A stretch of 64,000 nt of DNA from Rhodothermales bacterium (lineage in GTDB: Bacteria; Bacteroidota; Rhodothermia; Rhodothermales; Bin80): the NCBI GenBank assembly GCA_965209015.1, contig OZ242367.1, positions 566,785-630,784 on the forward strand, read 5' to 3'. A program made the position numbers and the translations under genes. The notes beneath the pieces are model-generated. The model saw nothing but the letters and a program-made list of their open reading frames with translations, was not told the origin of the DNA and did not search any database. This document shows, piece by piece, positions 54,363 to 64,000 of this stretch. The number at the start of each line of letters is the position of its first letter. Position 1 is the first letter of the stretch.

Positions 54363-55487
54363 TTGCGACATCTTCTTCTTTTTTTTCTCATCATCCTGGG
54401 TCTTCCTTTTTCTACTTCGGCACAGCGAATTGCCAAGTATGGAGCAGATTTTCTTGCTGGGGGAGTAGATGCTCGGGCCTTGGCTATGGGAGGTGCAAAT
54501 GTGGCACAGACACGGAATGTGTATAGTGCGTACTGGAACCCATCAGGCTTAGCACATACAGAATATCCAGAAGTGGCGTACATGCATGCGGAGCGTTTTG
54601 CCGGCATTGTCTCCCTTGATTTTGCAGCGATCACATATCCTATCAGTCATACTTCAACTGTGGGCTTGAGTTTTTTCAGGAGCGGAGTGAACGATATTAA
54701 AAATACGCTCAACGCCTGGGATGCCGAGCGAAACCAACCCAAAGCCAATCCCGAGTCTTATATCACCAGCTTCTCAGCAGCCGATATGGCCTTTCTGCTC
54801 AGCTATGGAAGGAGAATCAGTTCGCAATTCACGGTTGGTGCAACGGCAAAGATTGTACGACGCACAATTGGGAATTTTGCAGATGCATGGGGATATAGCC
54901 TTGATGCCGGTGCTCAGTGGCATGGGGATCAATTCTTAATTGGAGTACAAATTCAGGATCTTTCTACGATGCTTCAAAGCTGGAGCGTCAATACCTCTGC
55001 ATTTTCAGTTGAAGGGACCAATCCTGACACGGGGAATCGTTACACATTCACCGAGGTTTTTGATCAGGAGTTGCCCACTGGAGATACATTCTTAGTGTTG
55101 CCAGTTGTTCGGCTGGGTTCGGGTTTGATCCTGCCGGTAAGTTCTTCAAGCGTTGTAACCGTTGGCTTAGATGTTGATGTTGCCTTTGATGGTCAGCAGA
55201 CGAATGCATTCAACATGGGGGATCTATCCTTTCATCCAAGAATTGGCGCCGAATTTTCATTTCGGAATCTTGTGGCTCTTCGAGCGGGAGTCAACCGAGT
55301 TGCTCAGACTGCAGATGATAAATTGGATGTAGTTCCCTCCGTGGGAGCAGGGATTCGTCTTGGCCCTCTATCGGTTGACTATGGGTTTGGTGACTTTGGT
55401 GGTTTAGTGAGCGATCTGGGATATTCCCATAGAATTTCTGTACATTTTATCTGGAAGCGAGAACGATTTCGTCGTCCGTCAGAATAG
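54363..55487 (+). CDS. PorV/PorQ family T9SS outer membrane protein
   Basis: ARALAMGGA...AYWNPSGLA; C-terminal YSHRISVHF. Confidence 0.8.
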   Translation: MRHLLLFFLIILGLPFSTSAQRIAKYGADFLAGGVDARALAMGGANVAQTRNVYSAYWNPSGLAHTEYPEVAYMHAERFAGIVSLDFAAITYPISHTSTVGLSFFRSGVNDIKNTLNAWDAERNQPKANPESYITSFSAADMAFLLSYGRRISSQFTVGATAKIVRRTIGNFADAWGYSLDAGAQWHGDQFLIGVQIQDLSTMLQSWSVNTSAFSVEGTNPDTGNRYTFTEVFDQELPTGDTFLVLPVVRLGSGLILPVSSSSVVTVGLDVDVAFDGQQTNAFNMGDLSFHPRIGAEFSFRNLVALRAGVNRVAQTADDKLDVVPSVGAGIRLGPLSVDYGFGDFGGLVSDLGYSHRISVHFIWKRERFRRPSE

Positions 55488-55650
55488 TCCGAAGTAATAG
55501 CTCCTAAGCAATCAAACTGATCCGTATGGATCAGAGCCATCTACAAGGAATTCAAGACAGGATGCCGCCTATGAGAGATCGAACTGGACTCCCTACCCAT
55601 AACATGTGGACTAAAAACTGAACGGCAATGAAAATGTTTTTTCTGAATAA

Positions 55651-57126
55651 ATGATCTCAAGTGAGAAGGTCCAGCCCATCTGGGATATGGATGAGGGAAT
55701 CAAGGATTTTGAACTTGATCCATGCGAGTTGGCGGCCTCCGAGATTCTTGGAATCAGGGAGAGTTGGCGAGAACAACAGGATCAACTGAGGGGCACACAA
55801 CAGTTGCCAGAATTCATTGAAAGACTCGGCAGAGAATGGGCAATTGAAACTGGAGTGATTGAGAACCTATATGAGATTGACCGTGGAGTGACACAAACTC
55901 TGATTGAGCATGGATTTCAGGCGGAGCTGCTTCAACATGGATCAACGAATAAACCCCGAGGGTATGTGCTTCAGCTTCTTGGAGGTCAGGAAGAGGTGCT
56001 TGATGGCGTATTTGATTTCGTAAAGAGTGATAGAGAACTTACGACCTCCTACATCAAAGAACTTCACGGGGCATTACTTAGAAATCAGAAGACCACCGAG
56101 GGGATTGACTCCGTTGGTCAGTATGTTGACATTCCAATTCTCAAAGGTGTCTGGAAGGAACAAGAGAATTATCCGATTCGAGGTGGCATCAAATACACCT
56201 ATTGTCCACCCGAGCATGTCGGATCCGAAATGGATCGACTGATTGAACTTCATTCTAGTCATGTAGAGGAGAACATTTCGAGTGAAGTTCAGGCGGCTTG
56301 GTTACATCATCGCTTTACTCAAATCCATCCATTTCAGGATGATAACGGGCGGGTCGCGCGTGCGATTGCCTCACTGGTTTTGATCAAAGACGGACTTTTT
56401 CCCCTAGTCATAACTAGAGACGATAGGAAAAGATATATTGAAGCACTGGAAGCTGCTGATCGGGGAGACCTTTCTCCATTGGTGAAGATGTTTGTCAGAT
56501 CCCAATCAAGTCAGTTTAAAAAGGCATCAGAAGTTGGTGAGGAAACTTATGCTGAGGCACGCAGCACAGAGTCTGCGCTGAGAATTCTACAACAGGCGGC
56601 AGAGATTCATCAATCAAGGGCGCGTAGAAAGATCTTGCAGCATGCCAAGGCAATACAAGAAGACATAAAATTCAGACTTGATCAACTATGTCCAGACATA
56701 GAGAACGCTCTTGGGAAGGTTTATACGTCACAAAAAGTAAGTATTGAAGAATCAAACGAGGAAACGGAGCATTACTTTGGTTCCCAGATTATCAATACTG
56801 TGAATCGACTTGAATATTTTGCGAATCGGGCTACCTTCCATTCTTGGATCTCTTTACAAATGTATTGGTCACGTAGGGCTCGACTTGTCTTCAGTATCCA
56901 TGGAATTGGCAAACGCTCGAGTCACGAGGCGCTGGTTTGTTCACCGTTTTTGGATGTCACAGATTATGAAAAGAATCATCAAACTTCATCCTCGTTGATC
57001 CCCATTGCCGAGGACGGATTTATCTTCTTTAAGAGCGAGAACCAAGAAAAATTGAATGATCGTTTCGGGGAATGGTGTGAGGAGGTTCTGAGCGTCTTCC
57101 TTGTGGAGTTGGCGCAGAACTTGTGA
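55651..57126 (+). CDS. Fic family protein (class II, N-terminal TGVIEN inhibitory motif)
   Basis: HPFQDDNGRVAR variant of the Fic motif. Confidence 0.88.
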   Translation: MISSEKVQPIWDMDEGIKDFELDPCELAASEILGIRESWREQQDQLRGTQQLPEFIERLGREWAIETGVIENLYEIDRGVTQTLIEHGFQAELLQHGSTNKPRGYVLQLLGGQEEVLDGVFDFVKSDRELTTSYIKELHGALLRNQKTTEGIDSVGQYVDIPILKGVWKEQENYPIRGGIKYTYCPPEHVGSEMDRLIELHSSHVEENISSEVQAAWLHHRFTQIHPFQDDNGRVARAIASLVLIKDGLFPLVITRDDRKRYIEALEAADRGDLSPLVKMFVRSQSSQFKKASEVGEETYAEARSTESALRILQQAAEIHQSRARRKILQHAKAIQEDIKFRLDQLCPDIENALGKVYTSQKVSIEESNEETEHYFGSQIINTVNRLEYFANRATFHSWISLQMYWSRRARLVFSIHGIGKRSSHEALVCSPFLDVTDYEKNHQTSSSLIPIAEDGFIFFKSENQEKLNDRFGEWCEEVLSVFLVELAQNL

Positions 57127-57354
57127 TTCAAAATAAACGTAGTGCAACATGTCAGACCGAATTCAAAAATTGATTAGGAGTGTTTCTTTCGGTTGAACTT
57201 TATTCCGTGAGCACCTCATGCTTGAGAGGATGCCAGCTCACCAGGCGAAACGGTTGGAAGTGTATCCTTTCCGATAGAATGGCAACACACGTCTTCACGA
57301 AAAATTCACTTTGGCGGAAAGAAGAAATGGGATCTAATCACGAGGAATATCTGT

Positions 57355-57377
57355 TTATTTAGACTAAATCTAAATAA
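57355..57377 (+). promoter_or_regulatory. Probable Fur box
   Basis: Near-perfect palindrome TTATTTAGACTAAATCTAAATAA, 2 bp before the ATG of a TonB receptor/hmuY operon; resembles Bacteroidota Fur sites. Confidence 0.7.
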
Positions 57378-57379
57378 GA

Positions 57380-59545
57380 ATGCAGTCTCAACAAAGTTGG
57401 TCTTGGATAACACAGGTCTTTTGGGTTTGTGTGGTGTTGTTCTGTTTCGCAGTGACGGTGAACGGTCAACCCGTGCCTTCTGACTCCAGCCGTGTAGATT
57501 CAATTCGCTCCGTTCGGATGCCCCCCCTGGTTGTTACCGCTACCCGATCTGAGAAAATTCTTGAAGATGTAGCTGTACCCACGAGTGTAATTACGGCGGA
57601 TGTGATGGAACGTGAAGGTGCGCTACGCCTCGGTGATGTACTGGCCTATCAGATGGGGATCGCCTTGTTTGATGATCATGGTACTGGGCTTCAAGTCCAG
57701 GGCTTTGCATCGGATTATACCCTCATTTTACTTGACGGAGAGCCGGTGATTGGTCGTACTGCTGGGACGTTTGATGTTGATCGGATCACTGTGAGGGGGC
57801 TGAGTCGTATGGAAATCGTGCGCGGCCCATCCTCATCCCTCTATGGTAGCGAAGCTCTGGCAGGGGTTGTCAATCTGATCACCGCACCACCGACTGAAGG
57901 TATGGCAGGGTCTGCGAGCTTCCGTATTGGCTCTTTTGCCACTTCGGACATGACACTTCAAATGGAAGGAGGATATGAGCACATAGGAGCAAGAGTTGTA
58001 ATCAATCGGTATGCTTCGGATGGTTATGATTTAACCCCAGATACCTACGGACCGACCACTCCAACTTTTGCCGATTGGACTGGGGATCTGAGAAGTCACA
58101 TGCATTTGACGGATCGTGTCCTGATTAAGCTGGGCGCTCGAAGAACGATTGAAAATCAAGAGAGTGTATTCGCCTTACAAAGGAGTGGATTGACGGAGGA
58201 ACGCTACAACGATGAGGGTCGCAGACTGGAGTGGAGCCTTCATCCAGAAATTAGAATTCAGCTTAGTGACAAATTCCGACTCAACACGACACTCTATGGT
58301 ACCAGCTACCAGACTGAGACACATCACCACCGCCAGAGCGATGGATTTGTCAACTATGAAGATGAATTTGATCAGACCTATGCCAAGGCAGAGCTGCAGA
58401 TGGATATGCTCTGGGATGCTCAGAATATTACGAATCTTGGAGGTGGGATCATACGTGAGCGGATTGGTGGAACCAGATATGGGTCAACTGGAAGTAATCC
58501 AAACCCGGAATCAACCCAAGCCTATTTTTTCACCCAGCATGAATGGCTAGCTTCCAGTAAAGTACATTTCAACACAAGTCTCCGTTTTGATAACCATTCA
58601 GACTATGCTGCCCGGGTTACACCCAAATTTGCAGTGCTATTCCGTCCGACGAGTGAGGTACGTTTGCGTGCAAGTGTTGGTAGTGGTTTTAAGGCACCTG
58701 CCTTCCGTCAACTCTATTTAGCCTTCACAAACCCAGCGGGAGGGTATTCTGTTTTTGGATCTGTACCAATGAACGATGGAATCTCCCAACTGGAAGCGGA
58801 GGGACAAATTGAACAGACACTCTTTGATCTTTCTCAACTGGATCCCCTACAGGCGGAAAGTTCAGTTGCATTCAACGTGGGTGGATCCGTAGATCTAATG
58901 CCCTGGCTCATAATTCAGGCCAACGTATTTCACAACAACGTGCAAGACCTTATTGAAACGCAGCCTGTAGCCCAGAAAACCAATGGATCATTCGTATACG
59001 GTTACTTCAATCTGGCCAAGATCTACACGCGTGGGATTGAACTTGAAGCGACCTTGAATCCACAGTTTGGAAGCCGGAGTCAGATTGATCTCACGTTGGG
59101 ATACCAATTTCTTCAGGCACGGGACCGTGAGATTGTCACTGCACTTAAAGAGGGTTCAGTATTTGGGCGTCTCCCCAATGGGCGCGATTATCGGCTTGGG
59201 CTTAGTGACTATACCGGTATGTTCGGACGCTCTCCGCATTCGGCTTCGGTCCGTGCCGCTTACATGAACTCGGCGATTGGTGTAACTGCAAGTATTCAGG
59301 CGCGGTGGCGCAGCCGCTATGGATACCGGGATCTTGATGGAAACAATCTAGCCAATCGGTCGGACGAATTTGTGCCGGGGTATGCTGTGCTTGGCGCAAC
59401 TCTGACCAAAAAAATTTCAGTCGCTTTGGGTATTGAAGCGGTCATGCAGTTAGGTATAGATAATGCTTTCAATCAAATCTACCCTTCATTGGTGCCTTCA
59501 CTTCCAGGGCGCCGGGGTTACGTATCATTTCAATTTAATTTCTAA
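57380..59545 (+). CDS. TonB-dependent receptor (HmuR-like)
   Basis: LVVTATR TonB box/plug, ILLDGEP, EIVRGPSSSLYGSEALAGVVNLIT, C-terminal FQFNF. Confidence 0.93.
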   Translation: MQSQQSWSWITQVFWVCVVLFCFAVTVNGQPVPSDSSRVDSIRSVRMPPLVVTATRSEKILEDVAVPTSVITADVMEREGALRLGDVLAYQMGIALFDDHGTGLQVQGFASDYTLILLDGEPVIGRTAGTFDVDRITVRGLSRMEIVRGPSSSLYGSEALAGVVNLITAPPTEGMAGSASFRIGSFATSDMTLQMEGGYEHIGARVVINRYASDGYDLTPDTYGPTTPTFADWTGDLRSHMHLTDRVLIKLGARRTIENQESVFALQRSGLTEERYNDEGRRLEWSLHPEIRIQLSDKFRLNTTLYGTSYQTETHHHRQSDGFVNYEDEFDQTYAKAELQMDMLWDAQNITNLGGGIIRERIGGTRYGSTGSNPNPESTQAYFFTQHEWLASSKVHFNTSLRFDNHSDYAARVTPKFAVLFRPTSEVRLRASVGSGFKAPAFRQLYLAFTNPAGGYSVFGSVPMNDGISQLEAEGQIEQTLFDLSQLDPLQAESSVAFNVGGSVDLMPWLIIQANVFHNNVQDLIETQPVAQKTNGSFVYGYFNLAKIYTRGIELEATLNPQFGSRSQIDLTLGYQFLQARDREIVTALKEGSVFGRLPNGRDYRLGLSDYTGMFGRSPHSASVRAAYMNSAIGVTASIQARWRSRYGYRDLDGNNLANRSDEFVPGYAVLGATLTKKISVALGIEAVMQLGIDNAFNQIYPSLVPSLPGRRGYVSFQFNF

Positions 59546-59549
59546 GTTA

Positions 59550-60314
59550 ATGAGCCAAATTTTACGGATCAAAAAGACTTCATTCCCTTTGCGAAATCTT
59601 GGGTTATTTATGGCGGTATTGATGGTATTCATCGGTGCGTGCGATAGTACCACTATGGAACCAGTACCAGTACCGCTTGAGGCTTTGATGGCTGAGGATG
59701 TACCAGCGGATCCTGCCTCAGGCAGAGATCCGACAACCGGGCGGGCGATTTCAAACAATCTATATACTTTGTATGACCTTGATGAAAATCAGATCGTACT
59801 GTCCTCATCAGATACGGATACTGTACAACGGGAGCAGGATTCCACTGGGACGGTATGGGATATTGGCTTCCGGGGGACTACAATTATCTTCAATGGTGGC
59901 GAAAGCGGTTCAGGTCAGGCGAGTGCACAACTTCTTTCTCTACCTTTTGATGAGGTGATGGAAGCACCGTCCAATGGATATATCGCAGATGGTGAAAATA
60001 CTACATGTCCATCCGTTCAGACACCATTTGGTCCGGCCCCTAGTAGCCCATTAGCAATCTGCACAGGCTCTGACAATGGATGGTATAATTATGATTCTGA
60101 ATCGGGCCTCATCAGCCCAGTCCCGGGCCGTACGGTCGTCATGAAAACGGCAACAGGCAACTATGCTTCTCTTCGCTTTCTTAGCTATTATCAGGGAAAT
60201 CCGAATCCTCCCGATCCGAGTGCCCCGTCACGCTATTATACTTTTGAGTTCATCTTACAGTCTGATGGATCACGTGATCTCCGAAATACTACCAGTAGCG
60301 AAGGAGCACAATGA
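59550..60314 (+). CDS. HmuY family heme-binding lipoprotein
   Basis: Lipobox IGAC; WDIGFR, GWYNYD, VVMKTATGNYA, LSYY motifs; ORF 59463..60314, likely start 59550. Confidence 0.82.
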   Translation: MSQILRIKKTSFPLRNLGLFMAVLMVFIGACDSTTMEPVPVPLEALMAEDVPADPASGRDPTTGRAISNNLYTLYDLDENQIVLSSSDTDTVQREQDSTGTVWDIGFRGTTIIFNGGESGSGQASAQLLSLPFDEVMEAPSNGYIADGENTTCPSVQTPFGPAPSSPLAICTGSDNGWYNYDSESGLISPVPGRTVVMKTATGNYASLRFLSYYQGNPNPPDPSAPSRYYTFEFILQSDGSRDLRNTTSSEGAQ

Positions 60315-60539
60315 ACATGAAAGAAAGCTGTGACACTCTGCTCTTTATTCGTGATCAAAATCAGAGAATTCAAGAATTCTATTGAAGTGCACACGCGGAG
60401 TCGTGAACATCCCAAACGGAGATCCGACAGCAGAATCTCATAGGTTACAGGTCAAATTATTTCATAGGCCGCTTTGAAGGTAATTCGGAATGCAGTAAAT
60501 TGGGTGCATCTTTTTCGTAAATGATGCTTTCATTGATTT

Positions 60540-63500
60540 ATGATTCTTCTTCATGCTGGTATTTGTGGGGGGCAGTTATACCTTTGGGGGGAGGTCCCTT
60601 TCGAGAATCAAACCAAAAATTTATCAAGTTCAGATCTCCTCTATGCTGCGGCAGCAATAGATCTGGCGAATGCCGCCAGTGAAACGGGAGTTCGTTTGCA
60701 GGCGAAGCAGGCGGTTTCTCTCTGGGCATGGCTTCCTACACGTAATGGAATTCCACTCCCTTCCAGCCCCCTCATCTCAGATCTCCCTCATGAAGATGGT
60801 GAATTATCTCTGACAGCATGGCAGATCACAGCGATTCAACTCCCAGTTGAGGAAGCTGTAAATTTTCTTGGTGCCTGTGGTGGTAAGAAAATGCTTGCGC
60901 CAGGAATCCTTCTTGGTTCGGATGTACAGTTTTTTGTTAAGGTATTGCGGTTCACCGCTTCGTTGACCGCACATGAGCAGTTTCTTCCTGGGCTTCATCA
61001 TCAGGAGAGCGACTATCAGGCAAGGTGGCAGCCCGTCTTGACGGGAAGAGATGAGGAAAGAGCTACTCTATTGGCCCGAGCGATGCCCCATGCATGCCGT
61101 GCTTTGACCCAAAATGCAGAGACAGAGCCCAAGGATGCGCCATTGGCGATTATTTCTGGGATGATCAACACCATTTTGGACTATCTGATCAAGTTATCCT
61201 GGATTGAGAAATCACCTCCAGGATCCCGGTCCAGAAGCGCCAGGAAAAAGTCATATGCCAGCGTGCATGACCAATGGATTCATGCTTTACGTTCTTGGAA
61301 TGCTGACATGTCGGGGGAGGAGCAAGATCTGGAATTTCTGGATAGGCAGATTCAGGGATGGCGGCGGTCAATTTCAATATCAAGTCAAACCCCGTTCCGA
61401 CTCAGCTTTCGTCTTGAAGAACCTGAGGACGATTCAGAACAGTGGTATGTGCGTTATTTATTGAATGCCGTGGACGATCCCAGTCTCTATATTGAGATAG
61501 CCGACGCGTGGGTTCCAGACAAAGAGACAAAGTCAATCTTCTCCAAGTATGGGGCAAACATGCAGGAATACCTGCTGACCTCACTTGGACATGTGTCAAG
61601 CCTTGATCCTGTCCTTGAAAGTAGTTTGAAGCAACCTCGTCCCGGAGGTGCCAGACTTGATCATTCTGGTGCTCATTTATTTCTAACCGAGACATCTTGG
61701 CTACTGCAACAGGCAGGGTACAGTGTGGAACTCCCAGCGTGGTGGAGCACTTCTGGACCAAAGCGGCGATTATCCGTTCGGGCGAAGGTTTCCTCTCCTA
61801 AAATGCAAGGTTCAGGAGTTCTTTCACTTGAAGATCTGGTAGAGTTTGACTGGCAATTGGCAATCGGAGACGAAAAACTCTCGCTTCAAGAGATAGAGAC
61901 GTTGACTCATATGAAGATGCCACTTGTAAAAATTCGAGGGCAATGGATGCAGTTTGATGCCGAAGCAATTCAGCAGGCGATTGACTTTTGGAAGAAGAAA
62001 GGAACTGGTAAAATCACTGCTCGAAATGTCGTGCACATGGCACTTGGCACTGCCCAAACGCCGAGTGAACTATTTTTTGAGGGAGTTCAGGCTACGGGGT
62101 GGGTTGGAGATCTACTACATACCCTGGAACACGGTGCCGATATAGAAGAAATTCCTGCTTCAAAGGAATTTGATGGAACGTTACGTCCGTATCAATCTCG
62201 CGGATTGGCATGGCTCACGTTTCTGCGGCAGTGGGGATTTGGAGCATGTCTCGCCGATGACATGGGACTGGGGAAGACTCCGCAAACCCTTGCATTCATT
62301 CAGCGCTACCGGGAAGAAAACGGAAAACGTCCTGTACTCGTAGTCTGTCCAACCTCTGTGATGGGAAACTGGCAAAAGGAAGCTGCACACTTTACACCCA
62401 ATCTCCCCGTCCTTCTTCATCACGGTCCCAAACGGGTTAAGGAGCCAGACATATTCAAAGAGAAAGCTCTTCAGCAGGCAATTGTGATCACAGGATTCCC
62501 TCTACTGCATCGGGACGCAGAGGTATTACACCAGGTTGACTGGGGAGCGGTGATCGTAGACGAAGCCCAGAATATTAAAAATCCAGGTACCAAACAAGCC
62601 AAAGCAGCCCGTGCGATCCAAGCTGATTACCGAATCGCACTTACAGGCACCCCCGTGGAAAATAATGTTGGTGAGTTGTGGTCAATCATGGAATTTATCA
62701 ATCCTGGCTTTCTCTACACGCAAGCAGAGTTCAAACGTCAATTTTTTATTCCAATTCAGGTTCATCGTAGCCCCGAGGCAGCGGAGCGCCTGCGACAGAT
62801 CACTCGTCCCTTTATTCTTAGGCGACTCAAAACAGATAAGACGATCATTGATGACCTGCCTGAAAAGCAAGAGACGAACGTATTCACCCAGCTCACAAAA
62901 GAGCAGGTCTCTTTATATCGAGCTGTAGTGAAAGAGACATCCGCTGCACTGGATCAATCCGAAGAGGGAAATGGGATTGAACGAAAAGGACTAATTTTGG
63001 CCACATTGACGAAACTCAAGCAGATCTGCAACCATCCAGCGCAGTTTCTACATGATGAGTCAGCTATTGCCATGCGTTCCGGAAAATTGAATCGTCTCAC
63101 CGAAATGTTAGAAGAAGTGCATGAGGTGAGAGATCGGGTTCTCATCTTTACGCAGTTCGCTGAAATGGGAAGAATCATCCAGCGTCATTTACAAGCAACC
63201 TTCGGGAGCGAGGCTATGTTTTTGCATGGGGGAGTCCCCAAGAAACAGCGGGATCGAATGGTTGAACGCTTTCAGCATGATGAGAATGGCCCGCTCTTTT
63301 TCCTCCTCTCCTTAAAGGCCGCAGGGACAGGCCTTAATTTGACGCGCGCGAACCATGTGTTTCACTATGACCGGTGGTGGAACCCAGCCGTCGAAAACCA
63401 AGCGACGGATCGAGCCTTTCGGATTGGACAGACCAAACATGTGCAAGTATACAAGTTCGTGTGCACGGGAACCGTGGAAGAGCATATCAACACAATGATT

Positions 63501-63620
63501 GAAGAAAAACAAGAGGTCGCAGACCAGATTGTCAGTACTGGAGAAAAATGGATTACGGAACTATCCACACGCGAGTTGAAGAAAATTCTTAAATTGCAAA
63601 AAGAGGCGGTTCAGTCCTGA
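60540..63620 (+). CDS. SNF2-family helicase/ATPase (DUF3670)
   Basis: LRPYQ, LADDMGLGKT, DEAQ, ALTGTPVEN, GLNL, QATDRAFRIGQ. Confidence 0.95.
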   Translation: MILLHAGICGGQLYLWGEVPFENQTKNLSSSDLLYAAAAIDLANAASETGVRLQAKQAVSLWAWLPTRNGIPLPSSPLISDLPHEDGELSLTAWQITAIQLPVEEAVNFLGACGGKKMLAPGILLGSDVQFFVKVLRFTASLTAHEQFLPGLHHQESDYQARWQPVLTGRDEERATLLARAMPHACRALTQNAETEPKDAPLAIISGMINTILDYLIKLSWIEKSPPGSRSRSARKKSYASVHDQWIHALRSWNADMSGEEQDLEFLDRQIQGWRRSISISSQTPFRLSFRLEEPEDDSEQWYVRYLLNAVDDPSLYIEIADAWVPDKETKSIFSKYGANMQEYLLTSLGHVSSLDPVLESSLKQPRPGGARLDHSGAHLFLTETSWLLQQAGYSVELPAWWSTSGPKRRLSVRAKVSSPKMQGSGVLSLEDLVEFDWQLAIGDEKLSLQEIETLTHMKMPLVKIRGQWMQFDAEAIQQAIDFWKKKGTGKITARNVVHMALGTAQTPSELFFEGVQATGWVGDLLHTLEHGADIEEIPASKEFDGTLRPYQSRGLAWLTFLRQWGFGACLADDMGLGKTPQTLAFIQRYREENGKRPVLVVCPTSVMGNWQKEAAHFTPNLPVLLHHGPKRVKEPDIFKEKALQQAIVITGFPLLHRDAEVLHQVDWGAVIVDEAQNIKNPGTKQAKAARAIQADYRIALTGTPVENNVGELWSIMEFINPGFLYTQAEFKRQFFIPIQVHRSPEAAERLRQITRPFILRRLKTDKTIIDDLPEKQETNVFTQLTKEQVSLYRAVVKETSAALDQSEEGNGIERKGLILATLTKLKQICNHPAQFLHDESAIAMRSGKLNRLTEMLEEVHEVRDRVLIFTQFAEMGRIIQRHLQATFGSEAMFLHGGVPKKQRDRMVERFQHDENGPLFFLLSLKAAGTGLNLTRANHVFHYDRWWNPAVENQATDRAFRIGQTKHVQVYKFVCTGTVEEHINTMIEEKQEVADQIVSTGEKWITELSTRELKKILKLQKEAVQS

Positions 63621-63652
63621 CATTGGACATCTAAGATATCAATCAGGAAATC

Positions 63653-64000
63653 ATGTCCAGATATTATGACTATTATACCCCACCTTCACGGCCACGGACC
63701 GTCAAAGGGGGGATCAAGGCGCAGTCCAAACGGGGAGATTTTGGAACGACTTGGTGGGGGCGTAAGTGGATCGCTACACTTGAGGGATTCAGTATTGGGG
63801 CCCGACTCGGGCGGGGGAAGTCATATGCACGTAGCGGACAGGTATTGTCAATTGATATTGAAGAGGGGATGATTTACTCAAGTGTACAGGGGTCACGCTC
63901 GAGGCCCTACCAAGTCAAAATCAAGCTCAACCCCTTTGACTCATCGGAGTGGGAGCCCCTTATAGAATCTTTACGAGAGCAACCATTTTATGCTGCCCGC
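63653..64000 (+). CDS. SWIM zinc finger family protein (partial, runs off the window)
   Basis: Hand translation MSRYYDYY...GGIKAQSKRGDFGTTWWGRKW...RLGRGKSYARSGQV...VQGSRSRPYQV; usual partner of DUF3670 SNF2. Confidence 0.85.
   Translation, partial: MSRYYDYYTPPSRPRTVKGGIKAQSKRGDFGTTWWGRKWIATLEGFSIGARLGRGKSYARSGQVLSIDIEEGMIYSSVQGSRSRPYQVKIKLNPFDSSEWEPLIESLREQPFYAAR

Overview
Bacterial chromosome segment, most likely from a Rhodothermales/Rhodothermota-like (FCB) organism and possibly a sponge symbiont. This is inferred from the YPNPFNP-type T9SS C-terminal domains, PorV, HmuY and abundant eukaryote-like repeat proteins. The housekeeping backbone comprises smr-arsC-dnaE (DnaE carries a 158-aa mini-intein), katG, an EcxA-like metalloprotease, spmAB, uvrC, mce, rsmB, porV, a Fic gene, a Fur-boxed TonB receptor/hmuY pair and SNF2/SWIM. 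The dominant accessory feature is a ~23-kb tandem array (8.4-31.4 kb) of four paralogous secreted leucine-rich-repeat (LRR) genes. It holds about 90 72-bp LRR modules with a near-constant DNA frame and hypervariable concave-face codons, and modules are shared between paralogues. Each gene has a poly-G tract at its start (G9/G12/G8/G9). Three genes end in a T9SS signal, while the fourth is a giant frameshifted gene ending in an autotransporter barrel. Four IS elements with readable TIRs and TSDs are present. One IS copy carries a 38-bp AT-rich insert flanked by a perfect 38-bp duplication, which resembles an ectopic Cas1-Cas2 spacer integration (neo-CRISPR). An IS1595-family element carries passenger genes and a candidate multi-stem RNA. 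Several single-base frameshifts are probably sequencing or assembly errors.
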